A stretch of DNA of 64,000 nt, taken from assembly GCA_020137815.1 (NCBI GenBank), contig CM035353.1, positions 7,440,001-7,504,000 of the forward strand, given 5' to 3'. This document shows positions 41,858-60,474 of the stretch, in pieces. The number at the start of each line of letters is the position of its first letter. Positions within the stretch are counted from its first letter, which is position 1. This stretch comes from Hormiphora californensis (taxonomy: Eukaryota > Animalia > Ctenophora). The notes under the pieces were generated by a model. That model worked only from the letters and a program-made list of their open reading frames with translations, was not told the DNA's origin and did not search any database. The position numbers were made by a program, and so were the translations under genes.

Positions 41858-44800
41858 ATGGTCAAGTTAGAAAAGAAGAAGGCTAGCAAGAGGGCCGCTG
41901 AGGAGATAATCGCTGAAGTTAAACAGACTGGAGAACCCAAGGTAAGAGAAAGAGAGGAATTTGGTTTTTTCGGCCTCGGTTTTTAGTTTTGATCTTTTCT
42001 CCTAAAATGTAATCTTTGTTCCTAACAATAATTCTTCCCTGTAGAAGAAGAAGAAGAAGGCCGCCGCCGCCGCCGAACCCGCCCCAGTTGTCGCCGCTCC
42101 CGTAGCCGCCAAAAAGGTGAGCCAACCTGATCGTCCCCCGTGTGTTTCGCATGTGTGGGACATGCGGTCACACTTTACGAGGGCATCTTTTTGGACTAGC
42201 AAGATGAAGAAAAGCGACCGTTGTTAGCCCACCCTGTTCTGGTTTTGCGCTCACGCGCGCGCTCTGAAACTCTCCTCAGTCCACGCCTCTCACACCATCA
42301 CCTCACCACCCTCCGGGCTTTGCAGCAGTAGCCCAGGTCACACACACACTATTATCATGTCCTCCCCCCTCAGAACGGAGAAGCTAAGAAGGAAAAGAAA
42401 AAGAAGACAAAGAAAGCCCCTGCCAAACCTCCCACGCCTCCCCCTGCCGAAGAGAGCAGCAGCGAAGAAGAGAGCAGCTCTGAGGAGGAAGCCCCTGGTA
42501 ATTTGATATTCTTCTTGAAACTGATATTCTAGATGTTACATTAGCTACACGCTTTGTTTTTAGCGTGTACAGCAGTTCTTCCCTCCCTTCTAACCACTGT
42601 TGCCCCATTATTAACCCCCTCCTCCCCAGCTGCCCCTGCCCCTGCTAAGAAGGCTGGTCTGGTTGCCCCTGCCAAGGAAGAGTCCAGCTCAGAGGAAGAT
42701 AGCTCTGATGAGGAGGTGACTAAAGCCGAGGCTGTAAAGAAGGCTGCTGCACCAGCTGCTAAGGAGGAGAGCTCAGGTAACTAGATAGCCCCCTTTATAT
42801 CTCTTTAAATCTCTCCTGATTGTGGTGTTTTATCTACACGTCTCATCGCTCCAACAGAAGAAGAGAGCAGTTCAGAAGAGGAGGAAGAAGAAGCTAAACC
42901 CGCACCCAAGAAGGCCGCCCCTGCCAAGAAGGCTGCTGCTAAGAAGGCCGCTCCTGCTGCTCCTGCCCCCGCTAAGGAGTCAAGTTCAGAGGAAGAGAGC
43001 AGCTCAGAAGAGGAAGAAGAGGCAGCTAAACCCGCCCCCGCTGGTGAGACTGCAGAATCACGTACTGCTTATCTTGTGGACATCTACCTGACCTAATCCA
43101 CACCGCACGAAGAAGAATTGCATCTTTTCTAACATTTTTTTCTATTTCTATGTTCTAATATTCTGTCTCCCCCTACCAGCCAAGAACGGAAAGGCTGAAG
43201 AGTCAAGTTCTGAAGAGGAGTCATCTGATGAAGAGGAAGAGAAACCTGCTGCTGCCCCTGCTGGTATGTTGCTATTCTAATGATGGCCCTCCATTCCAAT
43301 AACTGCTCCTGCCAATAGAATTAGAGAGATCTCCAAGAATTATATTTTATAACATTTGTTCCTTCTCTCCCAGCTGCTGCAGCCAAGAAAGAGGAATCCA
43401 GTTCAGAGGAAGAGAGTTCAGATGAGGAGGAGGAGGAGGAAGCTAAACCTGCTGCTGCCCCTGGTAAGAAGTCATGGGGGGGGGGGGGGGGGTCCAGCCC
43501 TAAAAAAAGCTAAAGGTACCCTGATTTTGGTCGATAGCGTTTTTTATTTTAGCTTTTTTTAGCTTTTTTTTAGCTTTTTTTAGCCCTACTTTTTATGTTT
43601 TTTCAGCATTCATCTTGACACTTTTCCATTAAATTTTCATCCTTCCGGACGTCTATTGACTGCATTTGTTCATTTCCTGCACATTTTTTACCATAATCTA
43701 CCGTTTATGTCCATACATAGCAATTTCTGTATCCACCCCTACTGCCATTTTCTGGAGACATTTTTTCGATAAAAATATTATTCAAATTTGATAAAAATAG
43801 TTTTAAAAAAGTTCAAAAAAAGCTAAATAAAGCTAAAAAAAGCTAAAAAAAGCTAAAAAAGGCTAAAAAAAGCTTTAAAAAAAGCTAAAAAAAGCTAAAG
43901 GTACCCTGATTTTGGCCGTTAGCTTAGCTTTTTTTAGGGCTGGACCCCCCCAGTCATCCCCCCTAACATCATGTTTCTCCCTCTTAATCTCATCTCTCCC
44001 CTCCTAACCACATTCCTCCCCCCTCAGCCAAGGCCGCCGCTGCTGAAGAATCATCCAGCGAGGAAGAGTCCAGCGAAGAAGAAGAAGAGGCCGAGAAGAA
44101 GCCCGCTGCCAAGAGGAAAGCTGAGCCTGCCGCTGCCACAACCAAGAAGGCCAAGAAAGATTCTAGTGATGAGGAGAGTTCTGAGTACGAGAGCTCTGGT
44201 GATGAGAAACCAGCAGCACCTGCTAAGAAAGCACCATTCGCTACCCCCTCCAAAGAAGAGGGACCCTTCAGTATCTTCTGTGGACGATTGTCCTGGGATA
44301 CCACTGACCAGACCCTGACCGCCTTTTTCAAGGACAACGGTTTCGAGATCTCCAATGCTAGGATCATCTACGACAGGGAGTCTGGAAAATCCAAGGGGTA
44401 AGTTCACTGCCGTAAACTGGAAACCTTGTATCCGCGTCCTTGGCGGAATTTTTCAAATAGTTTCTCTAACCCTTACTCCTCTCAGATTCGGTTATGTTGA
44501 CTTTGCCGACAAGGCCACCCTCAAGAAAGCCCTGGAGTTCGATGGAAGTGAGTTGGACGGAAGGACGATTCGACTGGATGAGTCCACACCCCGACAGAGC
44601 ACGCCCGGTGGTCGAGGAGGCAGGGGAACCCCCCGAGGAAGGGGAACACCAGGACGGGGTGGACGAGGAGCCAGGACTCCCAACCCTCCTTCTGCTAACA
44701 TGTTCGTCAAGGGACTTAGCTGGGACACCACAAACGACTCTCTTCAGGGTGCCTTCGATGGGGCCACCAGTGCTCGGGTTATCACTGATAGGGATACTGG

Positions 44801-45333
44801 AAACTCAAAAGGGTAAGTTAACACGACCCCCCGTTACACTGGCTTTATTCATTTGAATCTATAGGGCACTTGTTTAGGCAACTATAAAATCATAATTGAT
44901 CCTCACCCCTTCTCCATCTCAGATTCGGATATATTGATTTCCCCGATGTTGCTACCGCTGAGAAGGCGATGAAGAAGATGCAGGGAGCCTCTATCGATGG
45001 AAGGAGTGTCACACTAGACTTTGCTACGCCCAGAGATAACAGCAGTGGTGGAGGCCGAGGAGGATTTGGCGGTGGACGAGGTGGAGGTGGAAGGGGACGA
45101 GGAGGTTCGTTTTACCCCCTCAATTCTCTACTTTTTTACCCTAAACAGTATTCCCTACCAACATACCCTACAAACATCCCTACTATAATAATGGTAGTTC
45201 CTACTCTAACCCTCCCCTCTTCTTTCCAGGTCGAGGTGGATCAAGGGGAGGATTTTCAGCCGCCGCCTCTGCTAACAAGGGTTCAATTCAGAGCTTCGAA
45301 GGAAAGAAGATGACCTTCGACGATAGCGATTAG
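41858..45333 (+). CDS. NCL: Nucleolin (acidic Ser/Glu blocks, 2 RRMs, RGG tail)
   Basis: MVKLEKKK start, EESSSEEE repeats, RNP1 SKGFGYVDF and SKGFGYIDF, GAR domain, GKKMTFDDSD end. Confidence 0.88.
43476..43951. mobile_element. Poly-G/poly-C-ended non-autonomous DNA element in a nucleolin intron
   Basis: TIR (G)nTCCAGCCCTAAAAAAAGCTAA; AGTCAT on both flanks; inverted arrays of TTTTTTAGCT. Confidence 0.85.
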
Positions 45334-45800
45334 AAAATTAGTTCTATTTTAAAAACTTTGAGACCGGCAGGTGAAGGGAATTTTTTAAAAGCTCTTTTAA
45401 ATTATTTATTTTATTCTCTTCAGTATTTTTAAGTTCCGGATTTATGAACAGGGAGAGAAAGACTCGAATCCGGACCTTTTTACGGAAAAAGTCGAGTGCG
45501 TGTGTGAGAGAGAGAAAGTATGAGAGCCGCTGTAATTTATTGAGTGCGATTTTTTTTACTCCCAACTTAACCGATCTTTAATTTATTACAAAACGATTGC
45601 CCGACTGACTGTGTGAAAAAGTAGCACTCCCTTTTTTTCAAACGTTCTGTCTTCAGATTTCTGACTAGGTGTGTGTTTACTAGGTGTTGACTGAGGCATC
45701 ACTCAATATGCCGTCCTAACATCAATGAGGCTTCGTGTCTCACTTTACATTATCTAAATATCGTGTCTTATTTTGTCTCAAAACAAGCCCCTGTCAGCCC

Positions 45801-47151
45801 GGGGGGGGGGGGCCCGCGTATTAAAATGTCCTTTAATGTCCCTCGATTTTTGGGTCATTAAATTGCCCGGGGTAATTTGGGACATTAAAAGACATTAAAG
45901 GACATTAAAGGACATTAAAGGACAAGAAATTTTAACTTCCAAAAACCATTTCACAATGTGTTACCAAACATTTCTACCGCCAATGTACTACTAAAGGTCC
46001 AATCTTTCGATTCCAATGAATGTTCATAAATGTTCAGTGGTGATTGGGCTTGCTTTTGCGTGGGACGTGGGTGCGGTACCTTTTTTAAAAGTACATATTT
46101 CTAGCCTAGACGATATCACAAAATCATCTTATGAAACGAGTAGAGAAGACACCGAAGTCATAAAAGTGAGAGAGAACAGCTCCGATTTTGATGAAACTTG
46201 GTCAGAATAGTGTTTGGTGTCTAAATTTTAGTGCTCAAATCCTAAATTTACGATTTTTAGGTTTTTTAGGTTTCGTTTTTGCTTTTATGGGTTTCAGGAA
46301 CGTCCTAGAACAAAATGGATAGAACCATCTTTCTCGGCGAGAAATTCTGCATCGATTTTAGTGGCTATAAACCTTTCTATGACGTAAGGTTCCGAAGCCA
46401 TCCCAAAAAATCGCAAACGGGTACATGTTATAGGGGCGGGTACATGTTTTAGGCTAACGGGCAAACCTCTTGTCAGAACACCATCTTATAGGGTGTCAAT
46501 CGACGTTTATTGATGAGGAAATCATTTTAGTGAAAACCATTTTGATCTGCGATGTCTGTGTAACGAATAAAACCTAAAAAACCTTACCACTATAACTTCT
46601 GAACCTTACGTCATAGAAAGGTTTAAAGTGACTATAATCGATGCAGAATTTCATGCAGAGAAAGATGGTTCTATTCATTCTTTTATAGGACGTTTCCGAA
46701 ACCCATAAAAGCCAAAAAACCTAAAAAACCTAGAAAAACCTAAATTTAGGATTTGAGCACTTAAAAAATTTTTGACTTCTAATTTGACCCCAAAGACCAT
46801 TCTGACCAAGTTTCATCAAAATCGGGGCTATTTTCACTTTAAAACCTTGACATCCAGTCAAAAACTGCAAAATTTCCGGGGTTTGCTTAGAGGTACCACG
46901 CCACCCTAAAATGAGGCTTAATCACCCCAAACATCTATGGTATTGGTTGGAATCGATAGAGGGGACATTAGGGGTAAATATTAAGTGGTTGAAAACACCA
47001 TTTTAGTTTAATAATAGCTGAAAACTCATGTTTCAATTAAATGTCCTTTAATGTCTTTTAATGTCCTTTAATGTCCTTTAATGTCCCAGGGACATTAAAG
47101 TCGGACGTGTTTATTTAGGACATGGATATTAAATTCACGCGGGCCCCCCCC
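45801..47151. mobile_element. Poly-G/poly-C-ended non-autonomous DNA element with internal inverted arms (~46180-46830)
   Basis: (G)nCCCGCG...CGCGGG(C)n; 8-bp TSD GTCAGCCC (45793-45800, 47152-47159); inverted GGACATTAAA arrays. Confidence 0.85.
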
Positions 47152-48309
47152 GTCAGCCCACTGGTTTGTTAATTAATGTGGTAGGAACAGTTCGACTTCC
47201 TGGGTATCTTATCTGCTGACGTCACACACAGGGGGTGACCATGCTGTCGTCACTCACATGACGAGTGTGTGTGTGGAGGGAAGCCGAATAGGTCACGTGA
47301 CTCGGTGCGCGCTTATCACGTGATGTGGAAGGCGCCCTGGGTTGCGCGGAATACAACTGTGTGCTTTGTATTGCTTAACGCGCACTCACTGCTAGTCGTG
47401 TGTGCGGACCGAACTGTCCGTCATTGGGTCAACAGAGTAGGAAGGGGTACAATACACATGTGGAAACTCATTTTTTGTGTGAAAGTAATCAATATGTTTA
47501 CACACTACATACCATGCAAAGAAATGCCCGGTCATAGTTGGGGGCTTCAAAGAGAGGGAGGGAGGGTGTTGAATGGTTGCACCTAAAAGATGTTCAAATT
47601 GGCAACAACACATTCAAATGTCACCTTTCTATATCTCTCCTAGCCCCCCGGGAGGGAAACATTAGTGTCTTAATATCGTATATAATTCATCACTCAGTGG
47701 AGGGGGAAACACACACAACTAATTCAAATGTATAAAATTGTCTTTTACACCCACACATACACACACGGTATATTTCTCTCTAAGGGGCATATGTATAATA
47801 AGTGTCGTGTGTAAATTGATTAAACTACACACACACAAAAACAAACACACACGGGAGATATGACGGGCAGCAAAAAGGACGTCGTCATATATTTTTATGT
47901 CGCTGCCTGTCTCTCCCTCACAGAAAACAGGTTGCTTATCAAAAAACTCAGTTAATCTATCAAATCACAAAAAACATCTCTTACTATCATCTCCTTATCT
48001 CCGCAGCGCCCCTAGCGATATCATATTATCTCTTTTCTCTACCACAAATGAATATATATGAATTATATCACAATAATTTTCTCTCTTTTTTTGTAGCAGG
48101 AATATAATTTTAACATTTTTTACGATGAATTGTGTATAATCATGTAGATCAGATATACACACACACGTTGTGTAACCTGTAATGTCCCAGAAATTATATA
48201 TACAATGAGTTGTAGTTTCCGTACATTCAGTCTCACTATCACACACGAACAAACACACCGAGAGAGAGAGATATATCGAAGAAAAAGGAGCTCTCGACAT
48301 AGTAGGGAA

Positions 48310-53224
<4,915 letters not shown>

Positions 53225-53246
53225 TTAGGTAGCACTGCTTGTACAA

Positions 53247-54095
53247 CTTATAACACTGCGCAGTGTTATAAGTTTTCATGTATAACTGCTGGCAGTGTTA
53301 TAAGTTTTCATGTATAACTGCTAGCAGTGATACATGAAAACTTATAACACTGCTGCACTCAGAACTCCTTACTCCAATGTTTCTGTCACACTTAAAAACC
53401 GTTAGAAAGATAAGCATTTACGAACTCCCTCCCTCTCTCACTTTCTTCTCTCACACTGTCAAGCCGTTGCAGCACCGAGATCAAGATAACAGTTACGAAC
53501 TCCCGGACCCACGTCCCACACATTCTTTATCTCTCTCACTCTCACTAATCTCTCACTCTCTTTACCTATCTCAGGCGTTATCTTATCTTATACTGATATC
53601 TCTGCCTGCTACCATATCATGAATTCGCTCTATTGTTACGCCCTAAAGTGTCTCTCACTCTTGTTTTAAAAATTTTACAATGCAATTTTATTATGCCTAT
53701 TTTCGTTGTACCTGACGTCAACAATAATGTCCCAGATTCTTACACTTTTAGACCTCGCAGGCTCGGTCAAAAAGTAAAACTACATCACTCGCAGGCTCGT
53801 GAGGTAGTTACACTTAGTGGCACTCGCAGGCTCGTGCACTAAAGTACAAGAATCTGCCTCGACCTGTGGTCTCGGATCATTATTGTTGCACTTATAACAC
53901 TCGACCTTCGGTCTCGTGTTATAAGTTTTCAGGTACAACTTATAGCCATAATAAAATCCTACAATAAAAGCTTTAGGGGGGTCCACCTAAATAAATTAAA
54001 CTAATTAAGTTAATTCTAATTAAGTTGTTCAAACCCGTGTCAAGTCAAAAATTGGTATCTACAAATATAAAATTAATTAAGGTGGTTCACCTAAA
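53247..54095. repeat. Cluster of palindromic and short inverted repeats (probable MITE remnants) upstream of CDC42
   Basis: CAGTGTTATAAGTTTTCATGTAT in direct and inverted copies; CACTCGCAGGCTCGTG repeats; hairpin TTATAACACTCGACCTTCGGTCTCGTGTTATAA; TIR pair at ~53974/54093. Confidence 0.6.
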
Positions 54096-54292
54096 TCAGC
54101 TGTAAGCATTAGAAAGTTGCCTTGAGTAGAGTCTCGAAAAAAAATCAAGCTTTCTGGATTTTTTAGACAATCATCAGCTTTCCTGGACTTTTCTCCTATA
54201 TTTATGGCTTTTTAGTTGGTCAAGTTTTAAGCAGGATTTTAAGTGTTATTTGACAGTGGGTTTGGACGCATTCAGCATTGGTGGGCACCAGG

Positions 54293-54789
54293 TAAAGTCC
54301 TTTTTTCAACTGTTCGCCCCTATTTTTCGCAAAGTTGATTTCTTCGATATCTCGGGTTCCTGATAAAATGGAGTCTTCGTCCCGAATACATTGGAAAGGT
54401 GTTATAAATCTCTTTCCAATTCATCATACTATCACGAACCCAGGGGCGGTGCGCAGCGTTCAAATTTTTGGGTCCAGCACTGCAGAAAATGCATTTAAAT
54501 GTAACGCACGAAGGTGGTCTGGACCACATTGGTCAATAGAGCTGCCACATTAGCTTTTTCTCGCGCGCATTTGTTTTTTAAATTGAAAATCGGCTCATTT
54601 TTTCACTTTTTTTGACGATTTTTTCACTTTTTGGCAAGTTTTCCCATTTTCTTCTCTTCTTGCGTCCAAAAAGTGGGTCCTGGACCCATTGGACCCAGCC
54701 TTGCTTCGCCCCTGCATGAACCGGAAATATCAGTGGAAACGTAAAAAAGGGTCACGGTTAGAAAACTTTTTTGAAAAAAAAGGACTCCG
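54293..54789. mobile_element. Non-autonomous DNA element related to the MITE at 19885
   Basis: TAAAGTCCTTTTTTCAACTGTTCGCCCC start and TTGAAAAAAAAGGACT end. Confidence 0.55.
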
Positions 54790-56313
54790 GTTGTCAGTGC
54801 AGCACGCGTAAAAAAATTAAGTGGCTGCGCGGCGTGTCAAAACGCGCGCACTGGGGGCCTGCAGCGCATGTTAAAAATCTCGGCGTGCGCGAATTTAACC
54901 ATCGCAAAATATTTAGCGCGCCGCGCGCTGACTCGAGCGGAATTCAATTCCACTCGGATCGAGCTGAGTCAAAACAAGTTCTCTGTTCTTTCCGTTTCCG
55001 AAGGGCGGAGTTCCGCTTGAAAAGCGCTGCCTTAATCCTTATCGCTATCGGGGGACGGGGGCCAGCAGCGTTTGCCAAGAGTTCCGCCTCTGTTTGGAGT
55101 TTGGACTCTCTCGGAAAGATACAGTTAAAAATAAAATCACCGCGAAAGCCGAAAACGTCCAATTTTCCGACCCGGGCCCCAACGGGCCCTGCTCGCTCCC
55201 TTACTGAAAAATGATCATAAAAATCTGTTTGACTCTGTTGTCAGGCGTCAGCACTCCAGTTGTCGGCATTCCAGGTTACTAAGGTTATGCCTTATGTTTT
55301 TGATGACGGGATGAGTTTTAAAATTTTTTGAAGTGTCAAGTGTGCACAAACTGAGTGTACTTTTTGACAGTTCCCGTCTGTGCCAGTTATCAGGAAGACA
55401 AATCCAAGCAATAGTCCAGGGCCCAGACCAAAACCTTCACCACCCGGTATGCTATTAAATCATGGGGAGACCTAGTCTAGTTTTTCAAGCTTTTATGAGT
55501 TTTTGTTCAGTTTTTTAATTTTATGATGACTCGATTTGAAGAAGAAACGTTCAAGAGTAATTCGGTTGCTCATTCATAAAAAAACTGATTATAACAAATG
55601 CTTTAAACTGGTAAAAATGCACTTAAACACCCAAAACTTCTGACAAATTTGTGTAAAAAACGAACAAAAATCATAAATGTTCTTCATCATTCATGCAGTT
55701 GATTTAATTGTTCTTTTCGACTAGAATGCACGGTTAACTTTGTGTGGAATCATAGGAGGCAAGCCTGTGGGAAATTAAATTTGGTATCAAAATCAATAAC
55801 ATGCCTGGGCGTGTAATGTCTGATCGTCAATGTGTACATTGTACATTGTACAATGTACACTGTACATCGATTGGGTATGTTGTCTGTTTACAAAATCAAT
55901 GCTAAATCGAAGGTGGACTGATCTGTTATTGGCATACCGGCAGACCCCAAAGACTTGGAAACCTCAACCAACACATCAATAGTGCGTGTTCTGACTCTTG
56001 GAGGTCCCTTGCCCACTCTGAAATAGAGAATTAAGACACTTCATATAACTTCAAAAAAGAATACAAAAAGAAATATAATTCATACACTGAAACGTCATAA
56101 TATATGTGTAAAACTCTGTAATAAAATACACATGTCTAACAATGATATATCACAACATCGCTTAATCTGGAACTAAAATTATATTTGTATTTCCTTGCCC
56201 CGATCTACTGTCAAAAACCGCCTTGCATTCTTAAAAAAACATTCAAAACGGATCTGCGAACATTCCGTGTCCCTTTTTCTTTTTCCGGCCCAAATCTTCT
56301 TCTTCATTCAGTA

Positions 56314-58422
56314 CTATCTTGAGTTATCTGAGCTGTCTGAGTCGACTACTTCTCCTCCGAGGTCCCTATACAAAGGGTGTCACCAAATACATAGTATATA
56401 TTGCACCACTCAACCCTTTTCATCCCAATTTCACCCTTATCCACCACCATATTTTACAGCTTGAAATGCTTAAAAGATAAAATCATTGTGTCCATATTAT
56501 CGTCATTTCATGTTTAAAAAAGCTAGCTTTACACACACATACAATCAAAGATCAAGGTCGATTATTCAAGAAAGTTTCATGCATATTGACACTCAGATCA
56601 GTTCCAAGAAGATTTTTAATCAGCTGACAGAGAGAAAGGAATCCAACACAAAGAGAAACTTACGCAGTGGTAGGTTCCACATCATAATTGGCATTATCCT
56701 CTCTCCGCTTCTCTAGTTCTGTCATAGGACTGCAGGCTACCCGTCCGGACTAGTACCCTCTTTACCCGCCTGCAGGTGACATAGTATTAATGAGTTTTGA
56801 CCCAGGGTGTTGAGAAATGTGGATTATTGGTTGAATTAGCAGCTAATTGTATGTATATCTTACTTGTATGACCGTCGCATGCTTGATCGTACGAAGTTAT
56901 CATTACGTGGGGGAGGTGCAGCGACTAATGTCTCCGGTAGTTCTACCACAATCTCCTTCGGGTCACTCTTACGATACTTGAAGAAATCTGAAAAAAGTAG
57001 TGTTATAAGTTAGTTGCCAGTACCTTCATACATAATACAGAATAATTTGTATATGACGTAATATAGTTCTAGCTTTTAAAATAATAAACCCAATAATGTA
57101 GCAGTACTTACTAAGAACTTCATTGCAGCGTGACACATTCACTGGGAGTTCTAACATCTCATTGATGTATTGTTGAATCCCTCCGGATCGCTTCTCTGCG
57201 TTCGATCTGTTGTTCAAACTCAAGAAATTACGACCTTTTACAGAGGGGATCACGTGTTATTAAAACTCATCGCCCAAGAAACACAGATGTGATGAGGCAC
57301 ACATGTGCCGTGTGCATCAAGGCTTATGGTTTTAACTTTTAACAACTGTTCGAATCCCGGGTTCGGCCTTAATTTGGCTCTGAAATAATCTTAACTGCCA
57401 GCTAAGGAGTGAGGTGAACCGTTTTACTTCTTTGAAATGCAAATGAGCAAAGACATCTTTTAGTTCCAAACCAAATCTTTTAGTTCCAAACCAAATCTTT
57501 TAGTTCCAAATGTACCTGGTAGGAATGGAATGGAGACATTATGACTGATTCCCCGCTCCCCAAAGTAGTCCAGCAGCCGCATTTGTAACCTAGGAGATAC
57601 ACATTGTTACTCAAGGAAGATTGACACGAAGTTGCTTGAATACCACCTAGGGGCTAGTTCAGAATGTAAGACAGCAGAGTGGTGTTCAGTTTATAATACC
57701 TGAAGAAGTCATCGTAAGCTCTGTAGATGACACCGATTTTGCCAATGTTCCATTGAACATGTAACTTATACAGATACTCCTTTCTAAACAATCCTTTCGC
57801 TCGGCTCGTCACCTCTAGAAATAAAGGGGGCTTATTTGGTGCTGTGCGGCACAGCCTGTGCCAAAGGCAATTTAGAAAATGTATCAGACAGCCCCTACTT
57901 TTTGCCCAAGTTGCTCCGATTCAATAGTCTAATTTCTCAATAACGTCACTAGTCACCTTGGATTGTAGCTCGTTTGATATACAACTCCTCAGTACGGGCT
58001 TCTTCGTCTGACTCAGGGCTGAGAAACCTCTCAGGATCCTTCTCTTCTAACCGCTGGTGTGTGTTCTTTCTGGAGAGAATATACAGTTGGGATAAGGACC
58101 CGGTCAACAGACAAACAAACAAACATGGTGATAAATAGAGCTTGGGTCAGCTTGTAGATGAGATTCTTCTTCACTTATAGCTAGTAAAACATCACTAGTT
58201 TGCATTTCAAAGAACCCTAGCACAACTGCATTACATCTACATTCATGATCATGGTCAATGCTCTGATTGCGGTTCTCATGCTGTCACTGCATAGTGCATG
58301 GTTTAATAAACAACTCTCTCTCTGAGTCCCAGCTCCACCTACTTGAGTGTCTTCCTGATGGATCTTCGTATACTGGACCTGGCAGTGCTCCCGTGAGCAC
58401 TACGCTTCAGTTTTAGGGACAT
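56314..58422 (-). CDS. PX-domain protein (p47phox/TKS-type PX, no SH3 seen); 3' end uncertain
   Basis: Spliced exons give EYLYKLHVQWNIGKIGVIYRAYDDFFRLQMRLLDYF...IPFLPGRNF...AEKRSGGIQQYINEMLELPVNVSRCNEVLNFF. Confidence 0.75.
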
Positions 58423-59915
58423 ATCACAGAACTTGTTGAGTCCCCCTTACAGCTCAACAACACAGAACCATAGTCATCCAAACAATATTGAGTCACAGCT
58501 AAAACACATGATGAGGGTATTGAGAGGTTACGAAACCAAATGGGAATACAATCAAATGTGAATTTCTCTTGTCTCTACTCTCTCTATCCTCTCTCACATA
58601 TTTCATATGATCTCACAATACTGAAATGGAAATGAGTAAGCTAATGGATAATAAATATGCATTAAGCAAAATATAGCGGCTTCGCACTGACACGATCCTG
58701 CACTCTCTGGATAGGGGGGACATCACCCGAGACGTTAGATAATGTCCCATCCACCTCCTAAACAAGGCGGCTAGACTACAAAGAACATAATACCATATCA
58801 TGTAATGTTGTTTACCGCGTATTACTTGGTTGAGAACAGGGGATTAAAAAAATAATTAACTAGGGAACTGGGGCACAAACAGTTTAGTTGTAGTCAGGCA
58901 AGATTATCTGTGTATATTTCAAGAAAACGTCCCAATAATATTTTAATGTCCGGAGACCGGAGCAATATACCCTCTGTGAGCGGGGATGGCGCGGGGATGG
59001 CGTGAATATGAGGTTTGGAATAATTTCTGACATTGTCTCATCTGACTGGGGAGTGGGGTGTTATAGTCAGTGACTATCAGTCAGCCTTCAATATGAACCA
59101 ATTTAACAAAAACACTTGAGATTACGGCGTTTGATCTCTACTGATTGTTTGGCATTTTCTGCAATCAACTGATTAATATGACGTGTCAGTGAAAATAAGC
59201 GAACTAAAAAGCTGAAACGGAATTGAGTTGGGAATGGGATTGCAAAGAGAGAATATATAGGTACTTGTGTAATTTGCCAGTGAAGTACACAGCTGACTGT
59301 AAACTGAGACATGGCCGCAGGAAACAAACAAATCCTTGCCATCTATGATACTGAAAGCATCTGTGTTACTGTAAAATAAATAAAATTAAATGCCCAATTA
59401 AGTAAATGGTACGAATCGCACTGATTAATGACTAAATTCATAAATTAACACAAGTCAACATAATACATTCTAATGCATATAGAATATTCACACAGTATAA
59501 TTCATATAGACGCGTGTCTGATATTAAGTTACATGGACACACAAGAGGGATGCTGGGAGAAAGAAGAAGGAGCAACACTTTATTTGTATTGGCGTGTTGC
59601 AACTGTTGGAGAGGGATTGCCCCACTTGTAATATTAACCCAGACACATAGGACGATGTCAGCTATGTAGTAGGCGTATGCAACATTCCAATACAGATTAG
59701 GTAAATTGTGCTCATAAGACCACATCAAATAAACAACATGAAAGAACTGAATTAGACTACTAAGCCGCGTAAAGGACTGGTAAGCTGTAGATTGCGGGGA
59801 GAGAAAAGGGAGCAGAGTTTTGCTAACGTGGACACAGGGCTAGGAAGTGAATGGCCATAATAATTCTCTCCTTTCAGTTATGTGGTCTTTCTCTCTCGCC
59901 CTTTCTCTCACTCGC

Positions 59916-60007
<92 letters not shown>

Positions 60008-60407
60008 TACCTCTCACTATTATATCGACAAGAGGTGCTTCTCTCTGATCTCTATCTCTCTTACACAAACACCCACTCTCCTCCTCTCTCTTCCGTGTAA
60101 TGGTCAGCTCCACAATGGCCTGCATGGTACACGCCACACCAAGGCACGTGGAACAACTTAATATCAAGGCAACTGTAATTCCAGCATCACTGGTGAAGCT
60201 AGAGTCGAGTACCTTACTATAATTGTTATAAACAGCACGGCCTGCCGGTAAAGATATAGAAATGGGGGGTTTGCTGCTGCAGTGTGAGGCTAAATAAACA
60301 AAGGGGTGCCGTTCTTAGCTGAGGATATGTGTGAACTGAGTGTACGGGACGTAGATGATGGGCGATATTAGCATATTTACATGGCAGAGAGAGAGAGAGA
60401 AAGAGCG

Positions 60408-60474
<67 letters not shown>

